Origin: Bacteroidota bacterium
Lineage (GTDB): Bacteria; Bacteroidota; Rhodothermia; Rhodothermales; Salinibacteraceae
Length of the DNA stretch: 64,000 nucleotides
Direction of reading: 5' to 3'
Assembly (NCBI GenBank): GCA_009908945.1
Contig: JAAAOI010000197.1
Span: 891 to 64,890, forward strand
Each line of letters begins with the position of its first letter. Positions within the stretch are counted from its first letter, which is position 1. The position numbers and the translations under genes were made by a program. Under the pieces are notes generated by a model. The model saw only the letters and a list, made by a program, of their open reading frames with translations, was not told where the DNA came from and ran no database searches. Below are positions 43,399 through 51,768 of this stretch, one piece after another.

Positions 43399-45207
43399 TT
43401 ACTCGTCCATTGAAAGCACCGCCAGAAAAGCCTCCTGCGGCAGGTCTACGCTGCCCACCTGCTTCATGCGCTTCTTACCTTCCTTCTGCTTCTCGCGCAG
43501 CTTTCGTTTCCGCGAGATGTCGCCGCCGTAACACTTGGCCGTCACATCCTTCCGCATGGCGCGCACCGTCTCCCGCGCAATGATCCGGGTGCCGATCGAG
43601 GCCTGCAGGGCGACCTCAAAGAGCTGCTGCGGGATCAGCTCCTTTAGGCGCTGGATGAGCTTACGCCCCACGTGATACGCTTTGTCGCGGTGGACAATGG
43701 TCGAGAGCGCATCGACGGCGTCGCCGTTAATGAGCACCTCCAGCTTCACAAGGTCGGTCGAGCGGTACTCAATAAACTCGTAATCCAGGGAGGCAAAGCC
43801 ACGACTGACGCTCTTGAGCTTGTCGTAGAAGTCAAACACGATGTCGGCCAGCGGCAACTCGTACTGCAGGTTGACGCGTTCGGCATCGAGGTACGTCTGG
43901 TTTACGTACACGCCCCGACGTTCCTCACAGAGCTGCATCAGGTTGCCGATGTAGTCACTCGGGGTGATAATCTCGGCCGTCACAAACGGCTCACGGATTT
44001 CCTCGATCTGTCCCGTATCAGGCATCTCGTCCGGGTTTTGGATGAGCTGCCACGTATCGGGCGCTTCCCGAGTCCGCACGCGATACGTCACGTTGGGCAC
44101 CGTGGTGATGATGTCCAGCCCAAACTCCCGATCCAGCCGCTCCTGAATGATTTCCATGTGGAGCAGCCCAAGGAAGCCCACGCGAAAGCCAAAGCCAAGC
44201 GCTGCTGACGTTTCTGGCTCGTACGTCAGGGACGCGTCGTTGAGCTGCAAGCGATCCAGCGATGCCCGCAGGTCTTCAAAGTCGTCGCTGTCGGTGGGGT
44301 AGACGCCACTGAACACCATGGGCTTGACCTCACGGAAGCCTTCAATCGGCTTTTCAGCAGGGGTGTGGGCGCTGGTGACGGTATCCCCCACCTTGGTGTC
44401 CCGTACGTCCTTGACCGATCCGATGATGTACCCCACCTCTCCGGCCCGGAGCCGATCAACCGGCTTCATGTCGATCTGCAAGTAACCAATCTCTTCAGCA
44501 TCGTACTGCTTCCTGTTGGCCATGAACTGCATGCGTTCGCCCTTCTCGAGAGTGCCCGAGAACACGCGCGTGTACACGATGGAGCCCCGGTACTGGTTGA
44601 AGACCGAGTCGAAGATGAGGGCCTGCAGCGGCGCCTCATCATCGCCTCCGGGCGGGGGCACGCGGTCCACCAGCATCTGGAGCAGCTCCGGAACGCCTTG
44701 GCCGGTTTTGGCGCTTATGGTGAGGATGTCCTCAGCAGGCTCCCCGATCAGGTTTTCGAGCGACATGGCCACCACGTCAGGGCGCGCACTCGGGAGGTCG
44801 GCCTTATTGATCACGGGGATGATCTCCAGGTCGTGCTCCAACGCAAGGTAGACGTTGGAGACGGTCTGCGCCTCAATCCCCTGGGCGGCATCTACCACCA
44901 ACAAGGCGCCCTCGCAGGATTTGAGGGCGCGGGAGACTTCGTAGGTGAAGTCGACGTGCCCGGGCGTGTCGATCAGATTGAGGGTGTACTCCTCGCCATC
45001 GTTTGCTGTGTGCCGCATGCGGATGGCATGGCTCTTGATGGTGATGCCACGCTCACGCTCCAAGTCCATGTTGTCCAGTACCTGCTCTTTCATGTCGCGC
45101 CCCTCCAGCGTCCCCGTCATCTCCAGCATACGATCAGCCAACGTGCTCTTGCCGTGGTCGATGTGGGCAATGATGCTGAAGTTACGAATGTAGTCCCGAT
45201 ACGACAT
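43399..45207 (-). CDS. lepA: Translation elongation factor 4 (LepA)
   Basis: The 602-aa ORF carries '[20 protein letters not shown]', 'DTPGHVDF' and 'NKADL'. The LepA-specific C-terminal domain '[27 protein letters not shown]' is present. Confidence 0.97.
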   Translation of the reverse strand: MSYRDYIRNFSIIAHIDHGKSTLADRMLEMTGTLEGRDMKEQVLDNMDLERERGITIKSHAIRMRHTANDGEEYTLNLIDTPGHVDFTYEVSRALKSCEGALLVVDAAQGIEAQTVSNVYLALEHDLEIIPVINKADLPSARPDVVAMSLENLIGEPAEDILTISAKTGQGVPELLQMLVDRVPPPGGDDEAPLQALIFDSVFNQYRGSIVYTRVFSGTLEKGERMQFMANRKQYDAEEIGYLQIDMKPVDRLRAGEVGYIIGSVKDVRDTKVGDTVTSAHTPAEKPIEGFREVKPMVFSGVYPTDSDDFEDLRASLDRLQLNDASLTYEPETSAALGFGFRVGFLGLLHMEIIQERLDREFGLDIITTVPNVTYRVRTREAPDTWQLIQNPDEMPDTGQIEEIREPFVTAEIITPSDYIGNLMQLCEERRGVYVNQTYLDAERVNLQYELPLADIVFDFYDKLKSVSRGFASLDYEFIEYRSTDLVKLEVLINGDAVDALSTIVHRDKAYHVGRKLIQRLKELIPQQLFEVALQASIGTRIIARETVRAMRKDVTAKCYGGDISRKRKLREKQKEGKKRMKQVGSVDLPQEAFLAVLSMDE

Positions 45208-45361
45208 ACAAGGCGACGATGAACGAAGTGGGCGCGGGGCGCGGGGGTTCGGCAGGAAAGGCGAGCGTACTTATACGCGCTCATCAGGAGGGTTCCTCTG
45301 CGCGCTCGTACGTCGGGCGGGCGGCACCGCGATAAACACGGCTTGGTATGCGGCGCCGAGG

Positions 45362-46126
45362 CTATGCTCCCGGGCGTGGAGGGGCATTATCTTCTCCTTC
45401 GGGATCTGTAGCGGAATACCCACGCGCGGCTGCATCGGCCGATGGGGCGTCCAGCGCCCGGGGCGCATCTTCCGCGCTATCGGTTGCTCGCCCGCCATTG
45501 GCCGGTAGTGTGACGGCCCCGGCAGTAGCAGCGCGGGTCGATCCCTCGGCCGGATCCGATGGCTCCCCCTCAGCGGCAGCCGTAGCGGCGGCCTCACTTA
45601 ACTCCTCATGAAACCGGTTCTGAAATAGCAGGATGCCCACCACGCCCCCCACGATGGCCATGTCCGCTACGTTCCAGATCGGGAACAGGGCCGTGTACGC
45701 ACCGCCAATCAGCGGCAGCACTTCTGGCAGGTAACCGCGCCAGACGTCCACATGGATGAAGTCAACCACGTGACCACGGAAATAGCCGCTGTAGTCCAAC
45801 ATCACGCCGTAGAAGACCCGGTCGGTAATATTGCCCAGCGCCCCACCCAAAATGAATACGAGGCTCAGCCGATACGGGAAGTAGCACCCGCGAATCTGAT
45901 AGATGTAATAGATAATGAGGCCTGTCACGATCATCGCAAATACCGTGATCGTGCCGGGCGGGCCTACCTCGATGCCGAACGCCATGCCCGGGTTTTCGGT
46001 GAACGTAAACCGCAACCAGTCGCCCACCAGAGGAATCGACTGGCCCCGGTACATCGTCTGCAGCACGGTCAGTTTCGTAGCCTGATCGACCAGGATAATG
46101 AGAGCTGCTACCCAGAGAACGCGCAT
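45362..46126 (-). CDS. lspA: Lipoprotein signal peptidase (signal peptidase II) with a long acidic C-terminal extension
   Basis: This lies within ORF 45362..46171. The ATG at 46126 gives MRVLWVAALIILVDQATKL. 'VVDFIHV' and 'WNVADMAI' are the catalytic Asp motifs. The last ~90 aa are a low-complexity Ala/Asp/Glu/Pro tail. Confidence 0.85.
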   Translation of the reverse strand: MRVLWVAALIILVDQATKLTVLQTMYRGQSIPLVGDWLRFTFTENPGMAFGIEVGPPGTITVFAMIVTGLIIYYIYQIRGCYFPYRLSLVFILGGALGNITDRVFYGVMLDYSGYFRGHVVDFIHVDVWRGYLPEVLPLIGGAYTALFPIWNVADMAIVGGVVGILLFQNRFHEELSEAAATAAAEGEPSDPAEGSTRAATAGAVTLPANGGRATDSAEDAPRALDAPSADAAARGYSATDPEGEDNAPPRPGA

Positions 46127-46200
46127 GAGTACGGTGTAAGCAATACAACAAAGGAAGGCGCACTGCACCAACCGGCACGGGGCAGGGCGTCACCCTACCG

Positions 46201-46650
46201 TTAGGAGTTGGCCTGTTTCTGTTTCTTCTTCGCCGCAATCGAGATCTCGGTATGCGGCACGGCCTCCAGGCGCTCCTTCGCGATGGGCTCCCCGGTCACA
46301 CGGCACACCCCGTAGGTCTTGTTTTCGATGCGCTCCAGCGCGCGATCCAGATACCCGACGTACTTTTGCTGGCGGGCAATCATCAGGTACACTTTTTCTC
46401 GCTCCATCGCATCCGTGCCCGCATCGGCCATATGGAAGCTGTACGCTGTATTGTCCTCGGCCTGATCTCGCGAGTCTTTCAACTGCGCGCGCAGGCTCTC
46501 GATGTCTTCCACCGCATCTTTCCGTCGAGAAATCAGCAGGTCCTTGAAGTGCTGTAGGTCCTCTTCAGAAAAAGGCGTGACGCGCGTATCGCCTCCCTTC
46601 TTTTTCGAGACCTGCTGTGTGTCCGTATCGTTCGACTGGTCTTTTGCCAT
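46201..46650 (-). CDS. DksA/TraR-family regulator lacking the full C4 zinc finger
   Basis: The 149-aa ORF has a coiled-coil region with 'FHMADAGTDAMEREK'. The C-terminal 'YGVCRVTGEPIAKERLEAVPHTEISIAAK' keeps only one of the four canonical Cys residues. It sits between ileS and lspA, a common arrangement in Bacteroidota. Confidence 0.75.
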   Translation of the reverse strand: MAKDQSNDTDTQQVSKKKGGDTRVTPFSEEDLQHFKDLLISRRKDAVEDIESLRAQLKDSRDQAEDNTAYSFHMADAGTDAMEREKVYLMIARQQKYVGYLDRALERIENKTYGVCRVTGEPIAKERLEAVPHTEISIAAKKKQKQANS

Positions 46651-46776
46651 ATCTGCACTGCACGTAATGAAAGGAAATAACCGGTACGAGGTACTGAGGG
46701 GGGCCGAGCGGCGTGAGCCGCCTACAAGGTATCGCCCCTCAGACCCAAAACTGAACCCGGAGCAACACGGGTGCGC

Positions 46777-49700
46777 TTACGGCGCGATGCGGCGGACCCC
46801 GAGCGTGAGGTCATGCTCTCCGATCTCATAAGAGTCTACTACCTCCCCTTCCGGTGAGATAGCTTCGTATAACTTTAAGGCTAAGGTCTCGTTCCGAATC
46901 CAGTCGCTGTAGGCGGCGATCGCGTCGGCGATTTGGCCGCTGGCCTGGTATTGGATTTCGATGCGGTCGGCGACGTCAAAGTCAGCTCTCTTCCGGAGGG
47001 CCTGGACGCGGTTTACCGACTCCCGGGCGAGTCCTTCAGCGATCAGCGCCTCGGTCAGTTCTGTGTCGAGGGCCACCGTTACGCCCTTCTCCTGCCCCAC
47101 GAGCCATCCCTCCACACCTTCACTCGTGATTTCGAGATCGCCGGGGCCGAGTACTACCGTTTCTCCTTCCACCTCCAGCACGAGCTCATCTTCCTCCACG
47201 TAGGTGCCAATTTGCTCGTCGGTGAGGGCACGAACTTGCTGGTTGACGGGTTTCATGAGTGGCCCCAGGCGGCGGCCAAGCCGGGCAAAGTTAGGTTTGG
47301 CGGAGCGCTCCACGACGCTGCTGGAGCCCGAGATATACTCGATCGCTTTGACGTTGACCTCGTCCATGATGACATCGCGCACATGCTCAACGTCGCGCTT
47401 CTGCACGCGGTCGCTGGTGACCACGAGGATGCGGGGTAGCGGCTGCCGCGTGTTGATGTGCGCTTCGTTGCGCAACGAGAGGGTGATGGACGCGATGGTG
47501 CGTGCCAGCCCCATGCGCCGCTCCAGATCCGCATCGATGGCGTCCTCGTCTACCACAGGAAACCGGGCCAGGTGTACAGAATCGGCCGTTTCCTGTGCCG
47601 TCACGCTGTTGACGCGGGTGTAGAGCCACTCACCGAAGAACGGCGCGTTGGGGGCCATCAGTTTGCTCACGGCCAAGAGGCACTCGGCAACCGTCTGGTA
47701 GGCCGCTTCCTTGCTGCGGTCCGCCTTGCCGTCTGCAGTGCCGTTGCTTTTGGCGCTCCAGAAGCGCCGGCGGGAGCGGCGGAGGTACCAGTTGGAAAAG
47801 GCGTCGACGAATGCCTCGGTGGCGCGTGCTGCTGCTGTGGGGTCGTATCCGTCCAGCGCCGTATCCACCGCCTGGATGGTGCTGTTGAGCCGGCTCAGGA
47901 TCCAGCGATCGAGCTCCTCCCGCTCGGCTGCCGGAATACGGTCGTTGCTGTAGCGGAAGTCATCGATGTTGGCGTAGGTGGCAAAGAAGCTGTAGACGTT
48001 CTCCAGCGTGCCAAAAAACTTGCGCTTCGTGTCCATGAGGCCCCGTTCAGAAAACTTGATGTTCTCCCATGGCGGGGTGTTGCTCATCATGTACCAGCGA
48101 ACGGGATCGGCGCCGTAGGTGGTGATCGTCTCGAAGGGATCGAGCGCGTTGCCTTTTGACTTCGACATCTTGAGGCCATCCGCATCCAGCACGAGGCCAT
48201 TGACCACGACGTTTTTGTAGGCCACCTCGTCGCGCACCAGGGTGGCGATGGCATGAAGCGTATAAAACCAGCCGCGTGTCTGGTCTACGCCCTCCGCGAT
48301 GAAGTCGCCGGGGAAGGTCGCCTCAAAGGCGTCCTTGTTCTCGAAGGGGTAGTGCCACTGCGCAAAGGGCATCGAGCCGGAGTCGAACCAGACGTCGATG
48401 AGGTCAGGCACGCGGTGCATCGTGCCGCCGACATCGTCCGGGGCCGGCCACGTCAGGTTGTCTACAAAGGGCCGGTGCAGGTCGATGGCGGCATCGTCGT
48501 CCGGTAGCTGGTCGCCGCATTTGGCGCGCAGCTCAGCGATGGAGCCGATGACCTCGACGTAGGAGGGGTCGGCATCGGACTGCCAGATGGGCAGCGGGGT
48601 GCCCCAGTAGCGGCGCCGGCTCAGGGCCCAGTCTACGTTGTTTTCGAGCCACTCGCCGAAGCGTCCGGTGCCGATAGTTTCCGGCTGCCAGTTGATGGTC
48701 CGGTTGAGTTCCAGGAGGCGCTCCTTCACCGCCGTGGTGCGGATGAACCAGCTCTCCACCGGGTAGCTCATCAGCGGCGTGCCCTTTCGCCAGTCGTGCG
48801 GGTAGTTGTGCAGGTAGGTTTCCTGCCGGTAGAGCAGCCCGCGGTGCTTCAGGTCTTGGATGATGGTCCGGTCGGCGTCCTTGAACCACTCCCCCTCCAC
48901 CAGAGGCGCCGCGCCGGTGAACTGCCCCTCCTCGTCGATCGGATTGAAGAGTGGCAGGCCGGCCTCTTGCCCCACCGCATAGTCGTCCGCGCCAAAGGCC
49001 GGCGCCATATGCACGATGCCCGTGCCCTCTTCGGTCGATACAAAGTCAGCCGAAAGCACAGACCAGGCCTCCGCTTTTTGCACTTCGTCGGTGAAGTAGG
49101 AAAACACGGGCTGGTACGTCATGCCTACCAACTCGGCACCGGTGTAGCGCTCAACGATCTCATAGTCCTCCTCCATCACCTCATCCAGCAGGGCCTCCGC
49201 CAGAATCAGGTGCTCGTTCCCGTGGTGCGGGTCGTCATGTCGGATCTTGACGTATGACAGGTCAGTGCCCACCGCGAGTGCCGTGTTCGAGATGAGCGTC
49301 CAGGGCGTGGTGGTCCAGGCCAGAAAGAAGGTGTTCTCGTGGTCGTCGACGGGGAAGCGCACGTATACGCTGGGGTCCTGCACTTCTTCGTAGCCGAGGC
49401 TCACCTCATGGGAGGAGAGCACGGTGCCTGAGCCCGGGCTGTACCACTGAATCTTGTAGCCTTTGTAGAGCAGGCCCTGGTCGTAGATTTGCTTCAGGAG
49501 CCACCAGACCGTTTCAATGTAGTCCGTTTCGAAGGTAACGTACGGGTGGTCCAGATCGACCCAGTACCCCATCCGTTCGGTGATCTCGTCCCACTGCGCT
49601 TTGTAGCGCAGGACGCTCTCGCGGCAGGCCGCGTTGTACTTTTCGATGCCGTAGTCCAGGATGTCTTCGCGCGTCTCCAGGCCCAACTCTTTCTCAACCT

Positions 49701-49986
49701 CGATTTCCACGGGCAGCCCGTGGGTATCCCAGCCCGCTTTCCGGGCCACCCGATAGCCTTTCATGGTGCGGTAGCGGCAGAAGGTATCCTTGATGGTCCG
49801 CGCCATCACGTGATGGATGCCCGGTCGGCCATTGGCCGTAGGGGGGCCCTCAAAAAAACTGAAGGGCGGACCGCCGGCGCGTTCTTCCACGCTGCGTTCA
49901 AAGACGCGGTGCTCCTTCCACCAGTCGAGCACCTTCGCTTCCATGGCGGGATAGTCCAGGCGTTTGATTTCTTTAAAAGCGGTCAT
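46777..49986 (-). CDS. ileS: Isoleucine--tRNA ligase (long, type-2-like form)
   Basis: ORF 46777..49992 starts at a TTG. The ATG at 49986 gives MTAFKEIKRLDYP. 'PPTANGRPGIHHVMAR' is the HIGH motif and 'KMSKSKGN' is the KMSKS motif. Confidence 0.97.
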   Translation of the reverse strand: MTAFKEIKRLDYPAMEAKVLDWWKEHRVFERSVEERAGGPPFSFFEGPPTANGRPGIHHVMARTIKDTFCRYRTMKGYRVARKAGWDTHGLPVEIEVEKELGLETREDILDYGIEKYNAACRESVLRYKAQWDEITERMGYWVDLDHPYVTFETDYIETVWWLLKQIYDQGLLYKGYKIQWYSPGSGTVLSSHEVSLGYEEVQDPSVYVRFPVDDHENTFFLAWTTTPWTLISNTALAVGTDLSYVKIRHDDPHHGNEHLILAEALLDEVMEEDYEIVERYTGAELVGMTYQPVFSYFTDEVQKAEAWSVLSADFVSTEEGTGIVHMAPAFGADDYAVGQEAGLPLFNPIDEEGQFTGAAPLVEGEWFKDADRTIIQDLKHRGLLYRQETYLHNYPHDWRKGTPLMSYPVESWFIRTTAVKERLLELNRTINWQPETIGTGRFGEWLENNVDWALSRRRYWGTPLPIWQSDADPSYVEVIGSIAELRAKCGDQLPDDDAAIDLHRPFVDNLTWPAPDDVGGTMHRVPDLIDVWFDSGSMPFAQWHYPFENKDAFEATFPGDFIAEGVDQTRGWFYTLHAIATLVRDEVAYKNVVVNGLVLDADGLKMSKSKGNALDPFETITTYGADPVRWYMMSNTPPWENIKFSERGLMDTKRKFFGTLENVYSFFATYANIDDFRYSNDRIPAAEREELDRWILSRLNSTIQAVDTALDGYDPTAAARATEAFVDAFSNWYLRRSRRRFWSAKSNGTADGKADRSKEAAYQTVAECLLAVSKLMAPNAPFFGEWLYTRVNSVTAQETADSVHLARFPVVDEDAIDADLERRMGLARTIASITLSLRNEAHINTRQPLPRILVVTSDRVQKRDVEHVRDVIMDEVNVKAIEYISGSSSVVERSAKPNFARLGRRLGPLMKPVNQQVRALTDEQIGTYVEEDELVLEVEGETVVLGPGDLEITSEGVEGWLVGQEKGVTVALDTELTEALIAEGLARESVNRVQALRKRADFDVADRIEIQYQASGQIADAIAAYSDWIRNETLALKLYEAISPEGEVVDSYEIGEHDLTLGVRRIAP

Positions 49987-50102
49987 GAGCAAGGGGAACT
50001 GGGGAAACGGCAGAACAAGTTAAGGGAAGCCTTCGGGAAAGGCCGGGCTTCGTTTTTCGTATAGGCGGGCACACGTTAGGCGGGCACACATGAAGTGGTG
50101 CC

Positions 50103-50816
50103 TCAGTCGATGCCCAGATCGGCGCGCGACCGGAGGTCTTGCACGTAGGCGCCCAAGGTGTTGCGTAGTTCGTAGAGCGGCTCGTAGAACCGGGCGTAAG
50201 CCACCCGCCAAGCGTCGCCTTTACGCTTACGGCGGCGTAGCTGGTCCAGGCTCTCGTTGGCTGCCCGGAGGGCGCGTCGTGCACAGGCGACATTGCCCGG
50301 AATACTATCGCGGGCGTATCCGATTTGGTGGCCCTGCGCGATGTAGGCTGGTATCTGGCTGATGCGACTGCACCACGTCACCAGGTCCAAGTCTTTCTCG
50401 CGGACGTGTAGCTGCTGTGCCCAGTCCAGTGCTTCGTTGGCCAATTCGGTGGCTTCCCTGTATGCTGGGATGGCGGGCAGCAGTTGCGCATCGGCATCTG
50501 GCGTATCAAACGGACGAGCTGCAGCGTCTGGCCCTCGGCCTTCGCTCTTGGTCCACAGCAGGGGCAGCGGGTTGAGGCTGGCATCCCAGCCCTGGCGTTC
50601 TAAAAAGCGCCGCAGGCTCTCGCGCCAGGCTGCCAGGTCGTCCGGTGAGCCGCCCAGCGGCCGGGGGTATTTGGTGATGAAAAAGAACACAAGGTCTACA
50701 TAGCGGCTGGCCTCTCGGTCGTGTGCCGCAAGGTAGGCTTCCCACTCCTCTTCACTCCAGAAAGCGTCAGACCCAGGGCCGTTTGGGGACGGGGATGGCA
50801 TGGCACAACGAGGCAA
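50103..50816 (-). CDS. Hypothetical protein (no family recognised)
   Basis: The 237-aa ORF is helical and Trp/Arg-rich (..FWSEEEWEAYLAAHDREASRYVDLVFFFITKYP..). It lies between ileS and the purine nucleoside phosphorylase gene. Confidence 0.5.
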   Translation of the reverse strand: MPRCAMPSPSPNGPGSDAFWSEEEWEAYLAAHDREASRYVDLVFFFITKYPRPLGGSPDDLAAWRESLRRFLERQGWDASLNPLPLLWTKSEGRGPDAAARPFDTPDADAQLLPAIPAYREATELANEALDWAQQLHVREKDLDLVTWCSRISQIPAYIAQGHQIGYARDSIPGNVACARRALRAANESLDQLRRRKRKGDAWRVAYARFYEPLYELRNTLGAYVQDLRSRADLGID

Positions 50817-50827
50817 ACGAAAGAAAC

Positions 50828-51685
50828 TTATGCGGCGACGCTGGTGCCCACGTCAGAGACCACGGCGCGGGTGAGCGTCGTCAGCTTGGGTTCAGCTTCG
50901 CCAGCCGCCGCCAATACGTCGTCCAGCGATACCGGGTCCAGCGCGTCAGGGAAGCATTCGTCCGTAATGACCGACATCGCCATCACGCGCAGGTTCATGT
51001 GGCGCGCCACCAGCACCTCGGGAATGGTGCTCATCCCGACCACGTCGGCACCGATCTGTCGAAGGAACCGGTATTCGGCTTTTGTTTCCATGTTCGGTCC
51101 CAAGACGGCAAGGTAGACCCCTTCCTGCAGCCGGATGCCGTGGTCCAGTGCCTTCTGCTTCGTTAGGGCACGGAGCGCTGGGTCGTACGGCTCGCTCATG
51201 TCAGGGAAGCGCGGCCCCCAGGCCTCCACGTTGGGGCCTTCCAGCGGATTAATGCCCTGCAAGTTGATGTGGTCCGTGATGAGCATGAGGTCGCCCCGGC
51301 GAAAGTGCGTGTTCATGCCGCCGGCTGCATTAGAGATGAGCAGCGTATTGATGCCCAGCAGCCCCATCACCCGCACGGGAAAGGTGATGTCGTGGGCGCT
51401 GTAGCCTTCGTAGAGATGAAACCGCCCTTGCATTGCCAGCACCGGTACACCGTCGAGGTGCCCGATCAGGAGACGGCCGTCGTGCGACTCTACGGTGGAG
51501 GTAGGAAAATGCGGGATCGCGCCGTAGGGGAGCGTCTGCTCGGCCTCAATGACGTCGGCCAGCCTCCCGAGGCCTGTGCCCAGGATAATGCCGATGGCTG
51601 GGGCCGGCATGCCAGGGGGCAGCGCTTCGCGGATGTACGCCGCGGCTTGGCTTACGTGCTGCTGGTACTGCTGGATGTCAAGCAC
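50828..51685 (-). CDS. Purine nucleoside phosphorylase (PunA/PNP-I type)
   Basis: This is the C-terminal 285 codons of ORF 50828..52705. The GTG at 51685 gives (M)LDIQQYQQHVSQAAAYIREALPPGMPAPAIGIILGTGLG. Motifs 'VESHDGRLLIGHLDGVPVLAMQGRFHLYEGY', 'NAAGG' and 'GADVVGMSTIPE' follow. The upstream part of that ORF is an alternative frame of the divIVA tail. The GTG start is inferred from family N-termini. Confidence 0.85.
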   Translation of the reverse strand: MLDIQQYQQHVSQAAAYIREALPPGMPAPAIGIILGTGLGRLADVIEAEQTLPYGAIPHFPTSTVESHDGRLLIGHLDGVPVLAMQGRFHLYEGYSAHDITFPVRVMGLLGINTLLISNAAGGMNTHFRRGDLMLITDHINLQGINPLEGPNVEAWGPRFPDMSEPYDPALRALTKQKALDHGIRLQEGVYLAVLGPNMETKAEYRFLRQIGADVVGMSTIPEVLVARHMNLRVMAMSVITDECFPDALDPVSLDDVLAAAGEAEPKLTTLTRAVVSDVGTSVAA

Positions 51686-51734
51686 GAAAAGTGGAGTGAA
51701 GGGTGGAGTGATGAAATGAGCGGTGGCCGTGCCG

Positions 51735-51768
51735 GGCGACGCTATCCGCCAGGCGACGCTATCCCAGG
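51735..51768. repeat. Tandem duplication, 2 copies of 17 bp (GGCGACGCTATCCGCCA / GGCGACGCTATCCCAGG)
   Basis: The copies are at 51735-51751 and 51752-51768, with 14 of 17 positions identical. The second copy contains the TAG stop of divIVA. Confidence 0.8.

Noticed and set aside
46694-46742. A long-range inverted repeat (CTGAGGGG ... CCCCTCAG with an inner GCGGC/GCCGC stem) between ileS and the dksA-like gene.
   Set aside because: It could be an ileS terminator on the minus strand, but the T-rich stretch is not adjacent to the stem. The confidence is too low to list it as a feature.
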